A stretch of 64,000 bases of DNA, from IMG/VR virus record IMGVR_UViG_3300043470_000217, positions 1 to 64,000 of that record. One strand, 5' to 3'. How positions within the stretch are numbered: the stretch's first letter is position 1; the number at the start of each line of letters is the position of its first letter. Position numbers and translations under genes: made by a program. Shown here one piece after another: positions 19,801-29,700 of the stretch. Under the pieces are notes generated by a model. The model made no database searches. It was not told the DNA's origin and was given only the letters and a program-made list of their open reading frames with translations. The DNA comes from a virus.

Positions 19801-20139
19801 AATGCTAGAAGACAGGGTAGAAGACAAGCTGTAGATTATACTAATGCTGCATTAGAGAATAGATTTATGACTGAGCAGATGAATAGCTTGTATCCTAATT
19901 ATTATGTTGAACCATCCAGATTAAAAACTTATTATACTCCAGGTAGGCAAATTACTCCTCAACAAAGAGGTAATGATATGATGAGTTATCTTAAGGCAAC
20001 CAATATTCCTTTTGATTTTACAGATCCTGCAGTTCAAGCAGCTTTATTAAAAGGTATTATGGGTGATGTAAATGTAGATGAGCGTGGTAACATTGCTGCT
20101 GCACAGGCTGCAACATCTGCAAGAAGGAAAGGTAAGTAA
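16843..20139 (+). CDS. Virion cargo/ejection protein
   Basis: EAEKGET...GKRHSEGGTPL...FIYSD module seen in crAss-like cargo; xxxGG motifs; N/Q/A-rich helical C-terminus; no Cys. Confidence 0.65.
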   Translation: MKRKVRVKSLPKAQFGFNNLPAPNVLRPDYLATWQKNNPYPAFGNSSTIPADVYYGNNNTTGSFNVGMPEFNQEVSFPSSLYPTKNNPLSLYPRNTKLESGILSTNEAIRKSYIDQIPEDTRKLMGLEPFGDLKTKKIKQEGNPYIGPMLLAGTDVFSSVARKIQDRNAESDFKNQFLSDNLYNVRPEDYQGNRGDYLTNTAGLGPDFRPTDYIYGDYNKIAQMGGEMKRKVRITSLPQAAYGGTQNAKAVNQLYGNSAYMMNMFNGATKGEPEEQYGQTLGPDPRSMAVLEAEKGETLIRKGTNSTIPEFFKIGGKRHSEGGTPLSGEKATPDSFIYSDTKAMKIKDPAILESFGFAAKKGGYTPAKISKKFDLNNKDLREGLYSESDPLRKKTAVMMADNYISNLGKLALVQESQKGFPQGIPEIAMPYMDKIGLDPAQFLPPSPEQGMAMAMYGGMPKAQVGRQQSNVKVNRTTPYTENDIEFKNGTWQVKPTANMQAAPYSVSAINMSPQRFQDYTFNDPEAAIDLVIKSSGIPSYLERVNKGKQEFLNTVNKPFGSTQQDTVVQKPKPQPVVQSRATVQTPKAKVNVTKPAASQTTPLSIDDLLNEKINDMVNKEYGGELEEYQTAGQVTGEKEFVEVITLPDGSKGKRITKGNAVSIVDASGTVLGSKTIEPNYRTINPERLAELESRGIKLSVPKRYEGKEWSMTPGRQGIREGAGSFGTEDWYAGENKEDFARRQARFLKFYPNYNPKNEQDNEMFQNWYNSDIYDQSIKAGLTEEEAKQNVNEFGFVAGSKDPNALDKKFGHYTWSRPTIDIKRKPPETPPGGNIPPGELIPPPPSKRRPIGFYPQDVLNTAAAIGDLASINKYNPRMLQFSAEPMEPTYYDPNRELAANAEMANLAAQNLAQFTGPQSFNARFSDVQGKGLANAANIEARYNNLNVGVANQFEQANKQLMNEANFKNALAANDFYDKSVVANQQYDNARRQGRRQAVDYTNAALENRFMTEQMNSLYPNYYVEPSRLKTYYTPGRQITPQQRGNDMMSYLKATNIPFDFTDPAVQAALLKGIMGDVNVDERGNIAAAQAATSARRKGK

Positions 20140-20193
20140 ATATTAGAGGTTTAATACTTTAACTTTATATTTGTTATATTTATAATATAGATA

Positions 20194-22761
20194 ATGGCTA
20201 CTTACATTCAAGGTTTAACTGATTATATACCAAAGGCCGAACCTTATAAACCTAATTTTGATTTTCTTAATACGGTTTTAGCAACAAGACAGGCTAGGTA
20301 TGACAGTGCACTTAATCAATTAAGTGGTGCATACGGTAGTATTGTATATGCTGATCTTACAAGAGATGATAATAAAATTGCTAGAGATAACTTTTTGAAA
20401 AACTCTGAAAAAGCAATACAACAGATTACATCTTTAGATCTTTCTGATCCAGCTAACGTACAAACAGCACAACAAGTATTTCAACCTTTTGTGGATGATA
20501 AGAAGATGCAGTATGATATCATATTTACTAAAGGTGTAAAGAATGGTGTTAATACTGCTGAAATGTTTAAAAATTCTTTAGATCCAGAAACCTCTAGTAA
20601 ATACTGGGATGTAGGAGTAAGAGGATTACAATATAGACAGTTGGAGTTTAAAAATGCATCACAGGATAAAGCATATAAAATGGCTGTTCCTAAATATGTT
20701 CCTTATGTAAATATTATGCAGAAGGCCCATGATTTAGTTGGTGATGATTTTAAAAATATATCTATTGAAGAATTAAAGGGTGGTTATAATATTACTACTA
20801 CAGGTGGACCAAAGTCTATTAATGTAATCAGTCAGTATTTAAGTATGGCATTAGGTAATGATCCTTCTGTTAGAGATTATGCTAAAGAACTATCTTATGT
20901 TAATTCAATGAATAACATTACTACTTTAGCTAATCAAAAATATAATGGAGATATAGAACAAGCTTCTGCTGAATATTATGTTACCAATTCTGAAGTAGCT
21001 TTAGAAAATGATAGATCTAGATTAGAAGATATTCAAGAAAATGTAAGTGAGACAGCTGGTAAAGTTAGTGTATATCAATCTAGAATTAACCGTGGAGATA
21101 AGTTATCACCAAAAGAAGAGGCACAGTATCAAGCTTTATTAAAAGAAAAAACTATTGGTAATAAATTAGTTAGTGATTTAACAGATAGAATTACTCAGAT
21201 TAGTACTGCTATTAATACATCAGATATTGATTTACTCAGTAGAGCAGTTCAAGCATCTTCAGCTACTAGTTATATTTCTGATGAGTTATCTAAAGCTTCA
21301 CAAGTAGAAGCTTATAAAAACTATAGTGTTAAGAGAGAAGCTGATCCATACAGACTTGAGCAATTTAAAAATGCATTAGAATTCTCTACCTGGACAAAGA
21401 AAGAAAAGATCAGACAAGATTTTGAAAGAGAGAAGATGGCAATTGAAGCTGGTGGACAAGATCAGTTTATGGCCGGTTCTACGAGTTATCAAGCTGGTGT
21501 TGCAGGTGATCCTATCAATGCAGATAGACAAGAGTTTAATACAAGTTGGAAGCAATATGCTAATAGTGTATCTGCATTAGCTCAGACTATGTATAACACT
21601 AATGATCCTAATTTACAAAGCGCAGTTGAATCAGCTGTTTCTGGTGCTGGTATTAATATGACAGCATTGAAGCAAGGTAAGGTTGGGTTAACTGGTCTTA
21701 AGAAAATTCAAGACAGGTTAGAAAATATGTTAGCAGCGGATCCAAATCTTAGTAAAAGAATGGCTCCATTATTAATTGCTGCAAATGATAAAATGCAAAT
21801 GGCCTTTACAAATTCTGCTGTTATTGCAAGCAATAATAAAAAGATTGTTAGTGGTATGATTGCTAGTAATGAATATAATCCTAATATTTTAGGTGCTATG
21901 TTCTCTACAGATGGTTCTTTGCGTGATGTTAATTCAGCATATAAAGCATTAGCTAAATCTGGTTATCCTATGTCATTTGGTACTTTTGCTGAAAACTATG
22001 CAGATGTCTCTGAAGAGTATAAAGCTAACTATGTAAACTTTGCACAAAACAAAACAGGTTATAGACCTGTAGGTACTGGAGGAGATGGTCAGTATATTTC
22101 TAATTATGTTACTGGTGTAGCAGATCCTAAGAAGTTTATGTCACCAACAACAATTGGATTTATTGGTGCAATGAATGATGTAAACAATCCTTCTGTTAAA
22201 GTAGGTATTGGTAATGCTGCAGATATTAATGCTCAAAGCGGAAATGTTTTTTCTGATATGGAATCTAGACCTGAGTTAAAAGCATATTTAAATAACTTAC
22301 GTTCTAAGATGGCAGTAGATAAAACAGCTGTGGCATATGATTATGCTGGTAGAGCATTAAGTAATAATAATTATCATTCATTAACTATTAGACCTTCAGC
22401 AAATGATGCAGAATTAAAAGCATTAAAAGAAGCTGGAATCATTAAAGAAGATGAATATAATACAATTGTAGCAAGAGGAATAACAGCTATTATACCTAGA
22501 GAGATTGTAACTAATCCTATTGCTTCAAGATTAGAGACATCTGATAGACAAATGATATTAACTAATACTGGTAAGTATCGTTACAAGAATCCGGTTAATA
22601 ATATTGATATTACATTTAGTCAGAATGATGATGGTAGTATATCTGCTTCAGGAACTGCTTTTAATTCAGCAACTGGTAGAACTGATCCATTTATCCAGAA
22701 CTCAATGAATTCAATATACTTTAATAACCTTCTTACAAGGTTTGATCAAATTAGTCAATAA
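20194..22761 (+). CDS. Virion cargo/ejection protein
   Basis: 855-aa helical, Cys-free protein in the cargo cluster upstream of the RNAP. Confidence 0.65.
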   Translation: MATYIQGLTDYIPKAEPYKPNFDFLNTVLATRQARYDSALNQLSGAYGSIVYADLTRDDNKIARDNFLKNSEKAIQQITSLDLSDPANVQTAQQVFQPFVDDKKMQYDIIFTKGVKNGVNTAEMFKNSLDPETSSKYWDVGVRGLQYRQLEFKNASQDKAYKMAVPKYVPYVNIMQKAHDLVGDDFKNISIEELKGGYNITTTGGPKSINVISQYLSMALGNDPSVRDYAKELSYVNSMNNITTLANQKYNGDIEQASAEYYVTNSEVALENDRSRLEDIQENVSETAGKVSVYQSRINRGDKLSPKEEAQYQALLKEKTIGNKLVSDLTDRITQISTAINTSDIDLLSRAVQASSATSYISDELSKASQVEAYKNYSVKREADPYRLEQFKNALEFSTWTKKEKIRQDFEREKMAIEAGGQDQFMAGSTSYQAGVAGDPINADRQEFNTSWKQYANSVSALAQTMYNTNDPNLQSAVESAVSGAGINMTALKQGKVGLTGLKKIQDRLENMLAADPNLSKRMAPLLIAANDKMQMAFTNSAVIASNNKKIVSGMIASNEYNPNILGAMFSTDGSLRDVNSAYKALAKSGYPMSFGTFAENYADVSEEYKANYVNFAQNKTGYRPVGTGGDGQYISNYVTGVADPKKFMSPTTIGFIGAMNDVNNPSVKVGIGNAADINAQSGNVFSDMESRPELKAYLNNLRSKMAVDKTAVAYDYAGRALSNNNYHSLTIRPSANDAELKALKEAGIIKEDEYNTIVARGITAIIPREIVTNPIASRLETSDRQMILTNTGKYRYKNPVNNIDITFSQNDDGSISASGTAFNSATGRTDPFIQNSMNSIYFNNLLTRFDQISQ

Positions 22762-22772
22762 GCAATTATTAA

Positions 22773-25700
22773 ATGGCAGACTTTGAAAACATTTTACCAC
22801 CGGTAGGTGTAGAGCAAGGAGTACCCAGTTCTTTTGCTGGATCAGATATGGTATTTACTGAAGGTGTAAATCCTTTACCATTAAATGTACCACTAGTTCC
22901 ATATATTGAGGATGTAAGTATACCTGCAGTTCCACAAGGTGGATTTTCAGTAAACTATGATCAGAATAATCCTTTTGATATAACTAAGCAGGTTTTAAAT
23001 TCTCCTATTACAGAATCTGATATTGTTTTTGAAAAGTCTAAAGTAAAACCATTTCAATCTGGATATCAGAAAACTAATTTTAATAGATACTATAACGATA
23101 CTGATAACTTCTATAAGTTAGGTTTTGATCCTTTATCAAATAATGATGAGATCTATAATCAGAATAGATCTTGGTATGAAGACTTAGGTAGGGGTTTATT
23201 AGGTGTTCCTGCTTTAGGATTATCCGTAGTTAAATCTAGTTACCGGGGAATGGGTGAAATGCTTACCGGTGATTTCTCTATGACAGATGAAATAGCTGCA
23301 GATGAGTTTGCTCAGATAATGGCTGAAAGAGGAAGTACCAAAGGTGGTCTTACTCAATTCTCATCTAATCTATTATTACAATCTGGTTTTGTTGCTGGTA
23401 TTTTTGCAGATTACTTAGCTACTGAAGCTGTAATTGCAGGTAGTGTAGCATTAACTGAAGGCGCAACTTTACCGGCTGCTCTTGCTGCTAGTTCAGCAAA
23501 GACAGCACAGGCTGCTAGAAGTATAGCCAGTATGCGTAACTTATTTACTGCAGCTGGTGCTAGAGATGCTTATACTGCTATTAGAGGTTTAAATGCTACA
23601 GCAGTTGGTAGAGGTATTAAAGCCGTGGGTGAAGCAGTAGTTCCAAGAACACTAAGTAATATTAAAAATACAATCAATGCTGGTGACTCTGTAATTAATT
23701 ATGCAAATGCTGCAAGAGGTATTGGTGATTTTATATTAGATCTTAAACAAGTTGGTTATACTGTTGCTGAAGCTTCTATGGAAGGTGGTGCGGTAAAGAA
23801 CGAGTTTATTGATGATAGAATTAATGAGTTCATTACTAATAATGGATACTATCCAGAACAAGAGGAAATGAACAGGATATATGAGTTGGGTTCTGATGCT
23901 GGTTTTACAACAAGTGCAATCAACACTCCTCTCATATATATTACAAATGCTATTACTTTTAATAATTTATTTAAAGGTAAATCAGCAATGTTGAATGCTC
24001 CAACAAATGATGTTATAGCTAGATCTTCTCTTACTGGAGAAAAGATTATTGCTGATACAACAGGTGCAAGAATCTTAACAGGTAAAGAGGCTGTTAAGAC
24101 ATTACTTAAACCAAAAGAATATTTAAGGTTTGGAGCTCAATACTTTAAGACAAATTTATCTGAAGGTCTTCAGGAAATCTCACAGGAGATTACAGCCGGA
24201 GCTTCTAAAGATTATTATGAGAGATTATATGAAACACCAGAAGCTGGTGGAATAAGTATTTACTTAGCTGATGCTTTTGAAAATACAAAGAAGCAAGCAT
24301 CTATGCAGGGTTTAGAAGTGTTTGCTTCTGGATTCTTAATGGGTGGTCTTACAGGTATTGCTGGTAACTTAAGTAATGTATCTAGAAGAGCTGGATCTAA
24401 TATCTATTATAACTATATAAAGAATGATCCTGAAAAGTATAATGAGTTATATAAAGCAGAACAAGATAGATTTAAACAGATTGTAGCAGAATTTGATGAT
24501 GCTATTAAAAACGGAAATAAGATTTTAACACTTGATGTAGAAAACTTATTACTACAAGCCAGACTTGGTACAGATATGGTAGATGCTAGAAAATCATTTG
24601 ATGAGAAAGCATTCCATGATCTAAAAGACATGTCTAGATTTAATGCTATTTATACAGCATTAGAGGCCGGTAAGTTTGATATCTTAGTACAGAAGTTACA
24701 AGATATGAAACAGATGACTGGTGATGAATTAAAACAGGCATTTGATTTAACAGATGATGTTACTGCTGATGAAGCAAAGCAAGTATTGGATGTAGCTATT
24801 GAAAGAGCTCAACAAATTAAAGAACAACATAAAGAGTTTGCTGATTATAGAAATCCTTTTAATCCTAATAGATTTAGAAGAACTAACCTAACTGATCCTG
24901 TAGTTAAAGAACAGTATGTAAAAGAAGTTATTAACTATAAGGCTTTTGAAGAAGCTAGAAAAATAGCTGTATTTAGTTTACATGGTAGACAGCAAGCTCA
25001 AAAGAGAATGGCTGATCTTACAGATAGACTTACTGAGATTAGTAGTTTTGGTAAACTAACTTTTTCAGATATTACTCCATTACTAAATATAAATAGTCTT
25101 CAACAAGAGTTAGATTTATTAGATAGTGAGATTAAATCTTTAACAGGCTCAACTGATAAAGAAGCTATAAAGATTCTTACTAGTAAAAAGAATAAGAAGA
25201 AAGCTTTAGAGTTATATCAAAAGAATCTTGAAAAAGCCGGAGATGTTTCAGATCCTCAAGTATTAAAAGATAAAAAGTTTTTAAGAGAAGCTTTTGTTAA
25301 ATACATTAACGCTCTTTCCCAGGAAGCTGGTATTAATTTTTCTAAGGGTCAAGCAGAAGAGGCTTATAGTATTTTAACTGATTACTATTCTTTAAATGCT
25401 GACGTTGTTCAGTTTACAGAGAACTTAAATACTTTATATGATCCTACTAGTTACTATGATTTAGTTAGTAGACTTGTAGAGCAGCAGAAGTATAGAAGAG
25501 ATAAGCAAACAGCTTATATGGAGAAATCCAGAAAAGCATTTATTAATGCTGTTAAGATTAGAGATTTTATTCAGTACTTAGCTGATGGTGGTTTTGGTAT
25601 AAAGTTATCTTCATTACCAAAAGATATAAGTAAAGACTATGATGAGTTTATTTCTACACTTGCAGATGATCTAGACATTGTATTTATTGACTTTAAATCA

Positions 25701-26753
25701 GATAGAGAATTTGATAAATCAGATGTTAGATATGTATTTGTATTAGATCTTATAAACAAGTTTAATAATATTGTAACTGAACCTGTAGCAGAAACAACTG
25801 AAGAAGTTACAGAAACAACCACTGAAGAAGAAGTAGTAGATCAACCTGCATTATCTGATGAGATAGAACAAGAGGAAGGTGTACCATTAATTCAATCAGT
25901 TAAACAGTTTAATGCTTTACCAGTTAAGTTACAAGGTCTTTTACAGGCTACATTAGCTCAACAGAATTCTAAAAGAGAAGCTGATGGTGAACCTGAGTTA
26001 CCATTAGATAGATTCTTGCGTACATCTACATCTAGAAATGCTATATCTAAATTCTTTAAAGATCCAGCTAACGCTGCAGATATTAAAGCATACAATGAGA
26101 AGAAGGGTGTACCTAAAGAAAAACCTAAAGAACCAGTTGTTGCTGAACCAGTTGTTATTGAAGAAGAAGTTATAATTACTGAACCGGTTACTGAGTTAAT
26201 TGATCCTATTGTAGAAAAGATTAAAAATGCTAACTCTATACAAGAACTTAATACCTTACAGGAAGAGTTTGAAGAGAGTGATCTTATTGAAGACCTAGAT
26301 AATATTAATGCTGTTAAAGATGCGGTAGCTTTACGTAAAGCTGAGTTAATAAAATCAATCAAGTATGAAAGTATTAAGGCCGGTGATGTATTAGTATTTG
26401 GAGATAATAAGTACGGTTTAGTTGAGAAAGTTACTACAAGTAAGTTAACAGTAGTACCTTTGTATGGTGAACGTTTGACTCCAGCAAAAGATGCTAATAA
26501 GCGTATCACTATTCTTAAAAAAGATTTTTCAAAGATGGTACAATCTGTATATGATACACAAGCCAATGTAGTAATTGGTACCAAAAATGTTCCTTCTCCT
26601 ACAGCAGAAGAGAATAAAATTATAGAGGCTAACTCTCAGAATATAGATGACTTCTTAGATAATGAAGAAGCTACTAAAAAACTTGAAGAGCAAACTCGTA
26701 ACAAATCCGATAAGGATGTAAATAATGATTTCTTTAATAATATAGGTTGTTAA
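22773..26753 (+). CDS. Large virion cargo protein with hydrophobic helices (possible membrane channel former)
   Basis: Ala/Gly-rich hydrophobic segments in the N-terminal half, SEGLQEISQ motif, coiled-coil C-terminal half; its only Cys is the last residue. Confidence 0.65.
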   Translation: MADFENILPPVGVEQGVPSSFAGSDMVFTEGVNPLPLNVPLVPYIEDVSIPAVPQGGFSVNYDQNNPFDITKQVLNSPITESDIVFEKSKVKPFQSGYQKTNFNRYYNDTDNFYKLGFDPLSNNDEIYNQNRSWYEDLGRGLLGVPALGLSVVKSSYRGMGEMLTGDFSMTDEIAADEFAQIMAERGSTKGGLTQFSSNLLLQSGFVAGIFADYLATEAVIAGSVALTEGATLPAALAASSAKTAQAARSIASMRNLFTAAGARDAYTAIRGLNATAVGRGIKAVGEAVVPRTLSNIKNTINAGDSVINYANAARGIGDFILDLKQVGYTVAEASMEGGAVKNEFIDDRINEFITNNGYYPEQEEMNRIYELGSDAGFTTSAINTPLIYITNAITFNNLFKGKSAMLNAPTNDVIARSSLTGEKIIADTTGARILTGKEAVKTLLKPKEYLRFGAQYFKTNLSEGLQEISQEITAGASKDYYERLYETPEAGGISIYLADAFENTKKQASMQGLEVFASGFLMGGLTGIAGNLSNVSRRAGSNIYYNYIKNDPEKYNELYKAEQDRFKQIVAEFDDAIKNGNKILTLDVENLLLQARLGTDMVDARKSFDEKAFHDLKDMSRFNAIYTALEAGKFDILVQKLQDMKQMTGDELKQAFDLTDDVTADEAKQVLDVAIERAQQIKEQHKEFADYRNPFNPNRFRRTNLTDPVVKEQYVKEVINYKAFEEARKIAVFSLHGRQQAQKRMADLTDRLTEISSFGKLTFSDITPLLNINSLQQELDLLDSEIKSLTGSTDKEAIKILTSKKNKKKALELYQKNLEKAGDVSDPQVLKDKKFLREAFVKYINALSQEAGINFSKGQAEEAYSILTDYYSLNADVVQFTENLNTLYDPTSYYDLVSRLVEQQKYRRDKQTAYMEKSRKAFINAVKIRDFIQYLADGGFGIKLSSLPKDISKDYDEFISTLADDLDIVFIDFKSDREFDKSDVRYVFVLDLINKFNNIVTEPVAETTEEVTETTTEEEVVDQPALSDEIEQEEGVPLIQSVKQFNALPVKLQGLLQATLAQQNSKREADGEPELPLDRFLRTSTSRNAISKFFKDPANAADIKAYNEKKGVPKEKPKEPVVAEPVVIEEEVIITEPVTELIDPIVEKIKNANSIQELNTLQEEFEESDLIEDLDNINAVKDAVALRKAELIKSIKYESIKAGDVLVFGDNKYGLVEKVTTSKLTVVPLYGERLTPAKDANKRITILKKDFSKMVQSVYDTQANVVIGTKNVPSPTAEENKIIEANSQNIDDFLDNEEATKKLEEQTRNKSDKDVNNDFFNNIGC

Positions 26754-26757
26754 TAAT

Positions 26758-29700
26758 ATGAATTGCTCACTATCTCTTCCACAGCAGCAACAGTTTTATG
26801 CTAAAGTATTTAAAGACTTATCTGTAATTACAGATAATAAAACTCCATATGATTTAAAGACTTATGTAAATGATTTTTATGAGCAAGTAGTTGCGGCAAG
26901 TAAGGATACTAGTTTAGGATTAACCTATGTACAGTTGTTACCTAGAATTATAGGAACAATTGTTAACAAGAATCCAAATATCCGTAAACACTTTAGAGAT
27001 AATAATATTAGCACTGATGATGTTTTAGATCTACGTGATAGCTTTGAAGATATCATTAATGTAGAAAAGTATATCCAGGTAAAAGAATTAACTCCTGATA
27101 AATTAGAACAGATTAGAAAGAAGGCTGGTATTGTTAGTTCTCAGTTAGAAAAAGCATCTCAAACAGATGAAGACTTAGATTTCCAAGCAAAACACTCATC
27201 TGGTTTAAATACAACTGGTCAAGAAGAAGAAGTAGACGCTGATGGTGAGTTCACCGGTGAAGCAGATCAAGATCCTGAAAAGCTTGTAACATTTGCTTTT
27301 ATCCGTTCTATTATAGATAGACTAGAGAAACAGAATCTTGAGAATGCTAATAGCATGACTATTGAAGCATCTAATGGTACTATTGTAAAAGGTATCTACA
27401 TGATACCTATAACCACCTATACAAAGACTGGTAGTGCTATTACACAATTAACTTTTGCTACATTAACCAAGGATGGTTATAAGAAGTTATTTGTAAATGA
27501 GAGAGGTAATATTACAAACGTTGAAGGAGAAGATCAAGCCGAGGGTTCTTTAAATCCAATTATAGATTTCATCACTCCTAATACAATTAATGGTAAAAGA
27601 GATTTTATATTTACCGGAACTGGTGAGACTAGTTTAGCTCCGGTTGATGAATTAGTAGAAAGAGTTATAAAGAATGCTGCTTTAAACAACTTAGAAATTC
27701 CTGATGCTACAGTATTAAAAAAACAGTTTGAAGAAAAAAGGGCTCAGGAAGTTAAGCTTGTAGACAAGTTTATCCGGACCTATATTTCTGATAAAACTCA
27801 AGTACTACCTTTAAGTATTATTGGTGGTAATTCTGGTTTTAGTTTAATGGCTGATCCAGGAACTAGATTAAGTGAAATAAAAATTCCAGGAACTTTAGAT
27901 ATAGAGTTTGGTAAAAATGGTCGTACATATATAAAGATTGGTAAGTATAGTAATAAGATTCAAGTCTTTCCTGAAAAGACATCACCAGAACTTGCACAAA
28001 ATGTTGCAAAGCTTTTAGCTGATACTAAAGTAAGTACAGCTATTAAGTTTGGTATCTTAGAAAAGATCTATAACATCAATGATGATAATTTTAATATTAC
28101 ATATGATAACACTAAAAAGAAACCAGTAATGGTTATCTACTCTGGAAAAGATGAAGTATATAACTCAGAGAATCCAGAGTTAACTGATGAAGGTTTTATT
28201 AAAGATGTTTTAGCTGGTGTTTATATAAATATCTCTAAAGAGAATATTGACGGTAGTATTCAGTTACCTGATTACACAAGTGGTAAATTAGTAAAGAGAA
28301 ATACTCCTTATAATACTTTCATTACTAGAAATAGTAAAGTCTTTGTTGCTTTACGTAATGATGGTAGTATTAAGTTCTTTAACCCTAGTTTACAGTATGA
28401 ATTCACAGTAGATGCATTAGAACAAATGTATCCAACTGAGAAGAAAGATGATAATATAGAGTTAGCTAAAGAGCTTTATAAAGAAATACTAGCTGGTAAA
28501 ATGGTTACAGAAATGACTGTAGCCCAACAAGCAATAGCTAATAAATATATTACTCCTGAGCTTAAAATAGAAGTTGAAGAAGAAATAGCTGAATCAAAAA
28601 AACCAGCTACTACTGTTAAACCAAAAGCTAAAGCTAAACCTAAGACTGTAGTTAAGAATCAGAATGTAAATACCGCACCTTCTGGTTTTAAAGGTAAGCT
28701 TGATATGGATCTTATTGATGAGATTAATAAGAGTTTAAAGAGGGCTGGATTTGAAACTGTAAATAGTACGCCAGAACAAATTGAAGAAATTAAGAACTGG
28801 TATTCTTCATTAGAAGTAATGGTTGATGGAGAGAAGGTAAAGCTATCTACTCTAATTCCTGTAAAGGAAGCCTTTGCTTTAACTAACTCAGATGTACTGG
28901 GTACATTTACATCTTCTGGTATTACGTTGTTTACAAAGGCCGGAAATAAAGATTACACCACGTTGTATCATGAAGCTTGGCACGCATTCTCTCAGTTACT
29001 ATTAACTCAAGAACAAAAGCAAGAACTATATAACTCAGTAAGAAAAGGTGTTAAGAGTTTAGCTAATGCAACTGATAAGCAAGTAGAAGAATATTTGGCT
29101 GAAGACTTTAGAGGTTATGTTTTATCTGAGGGTAAGAAAATTCTTGTTAAACCTAATGAGAATATCTTTGAAAAGTTATGGCGGATTATAAAAACATTTT
29201 TTACTGGTCAAACTGATATAGTAGATCCTACTGTTGTACCATTAGTAAAGGAGTTATATGATAATTTAAGATTGGGTAATCTATTTGAGTATCAGTACTC
29301 AGTAGATAACATGCAGTTCGGTAAACTCTATAGAGGTATTGATCCATTAAATGAAGAAGAGCCTGGTATTAGTTTAGCCTATAGTAATCTTATTAATGAA
29401 TCTATAGATGGTGCATTCTCAGAAATTATAGAAAGCTCCGGCTTAAATGTATCTGCAATCTATACAGATCCAAGAGCTTTAAATTTCTTATATAATAGTA
29501 CTAAAGATTATTTCCAGCAAGTTTTAGATGAAACTATTGCTAGAGTTGAAAATGATCCTGAAGGTACTGATACCGTAGATAGAAATAATATCCAGATACT
29601 TGAGTATGCAATCAATAATTTTGGTGACTTTAATGAAGTACTTAAAGGAACTGAAAAGAATGGTGTTATAGCATATCATAGACAAAAGTCTAAGTATCTA

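Noticed and set aside
20166-20173. TATATTTG as a host sigma70 promoter
   Set aside because: No TTG/TTTG at the -33 position, and it abuts the candidate late motif, so it is ambiguous
25958-26584. 208-aa minus-strand ORF, and similar ones at 32952, 34863, 35175, 31116 and 37424
   Set aside because: Antisense shadows of long + strand genes with S/L/I/F-rich composition and no motifs
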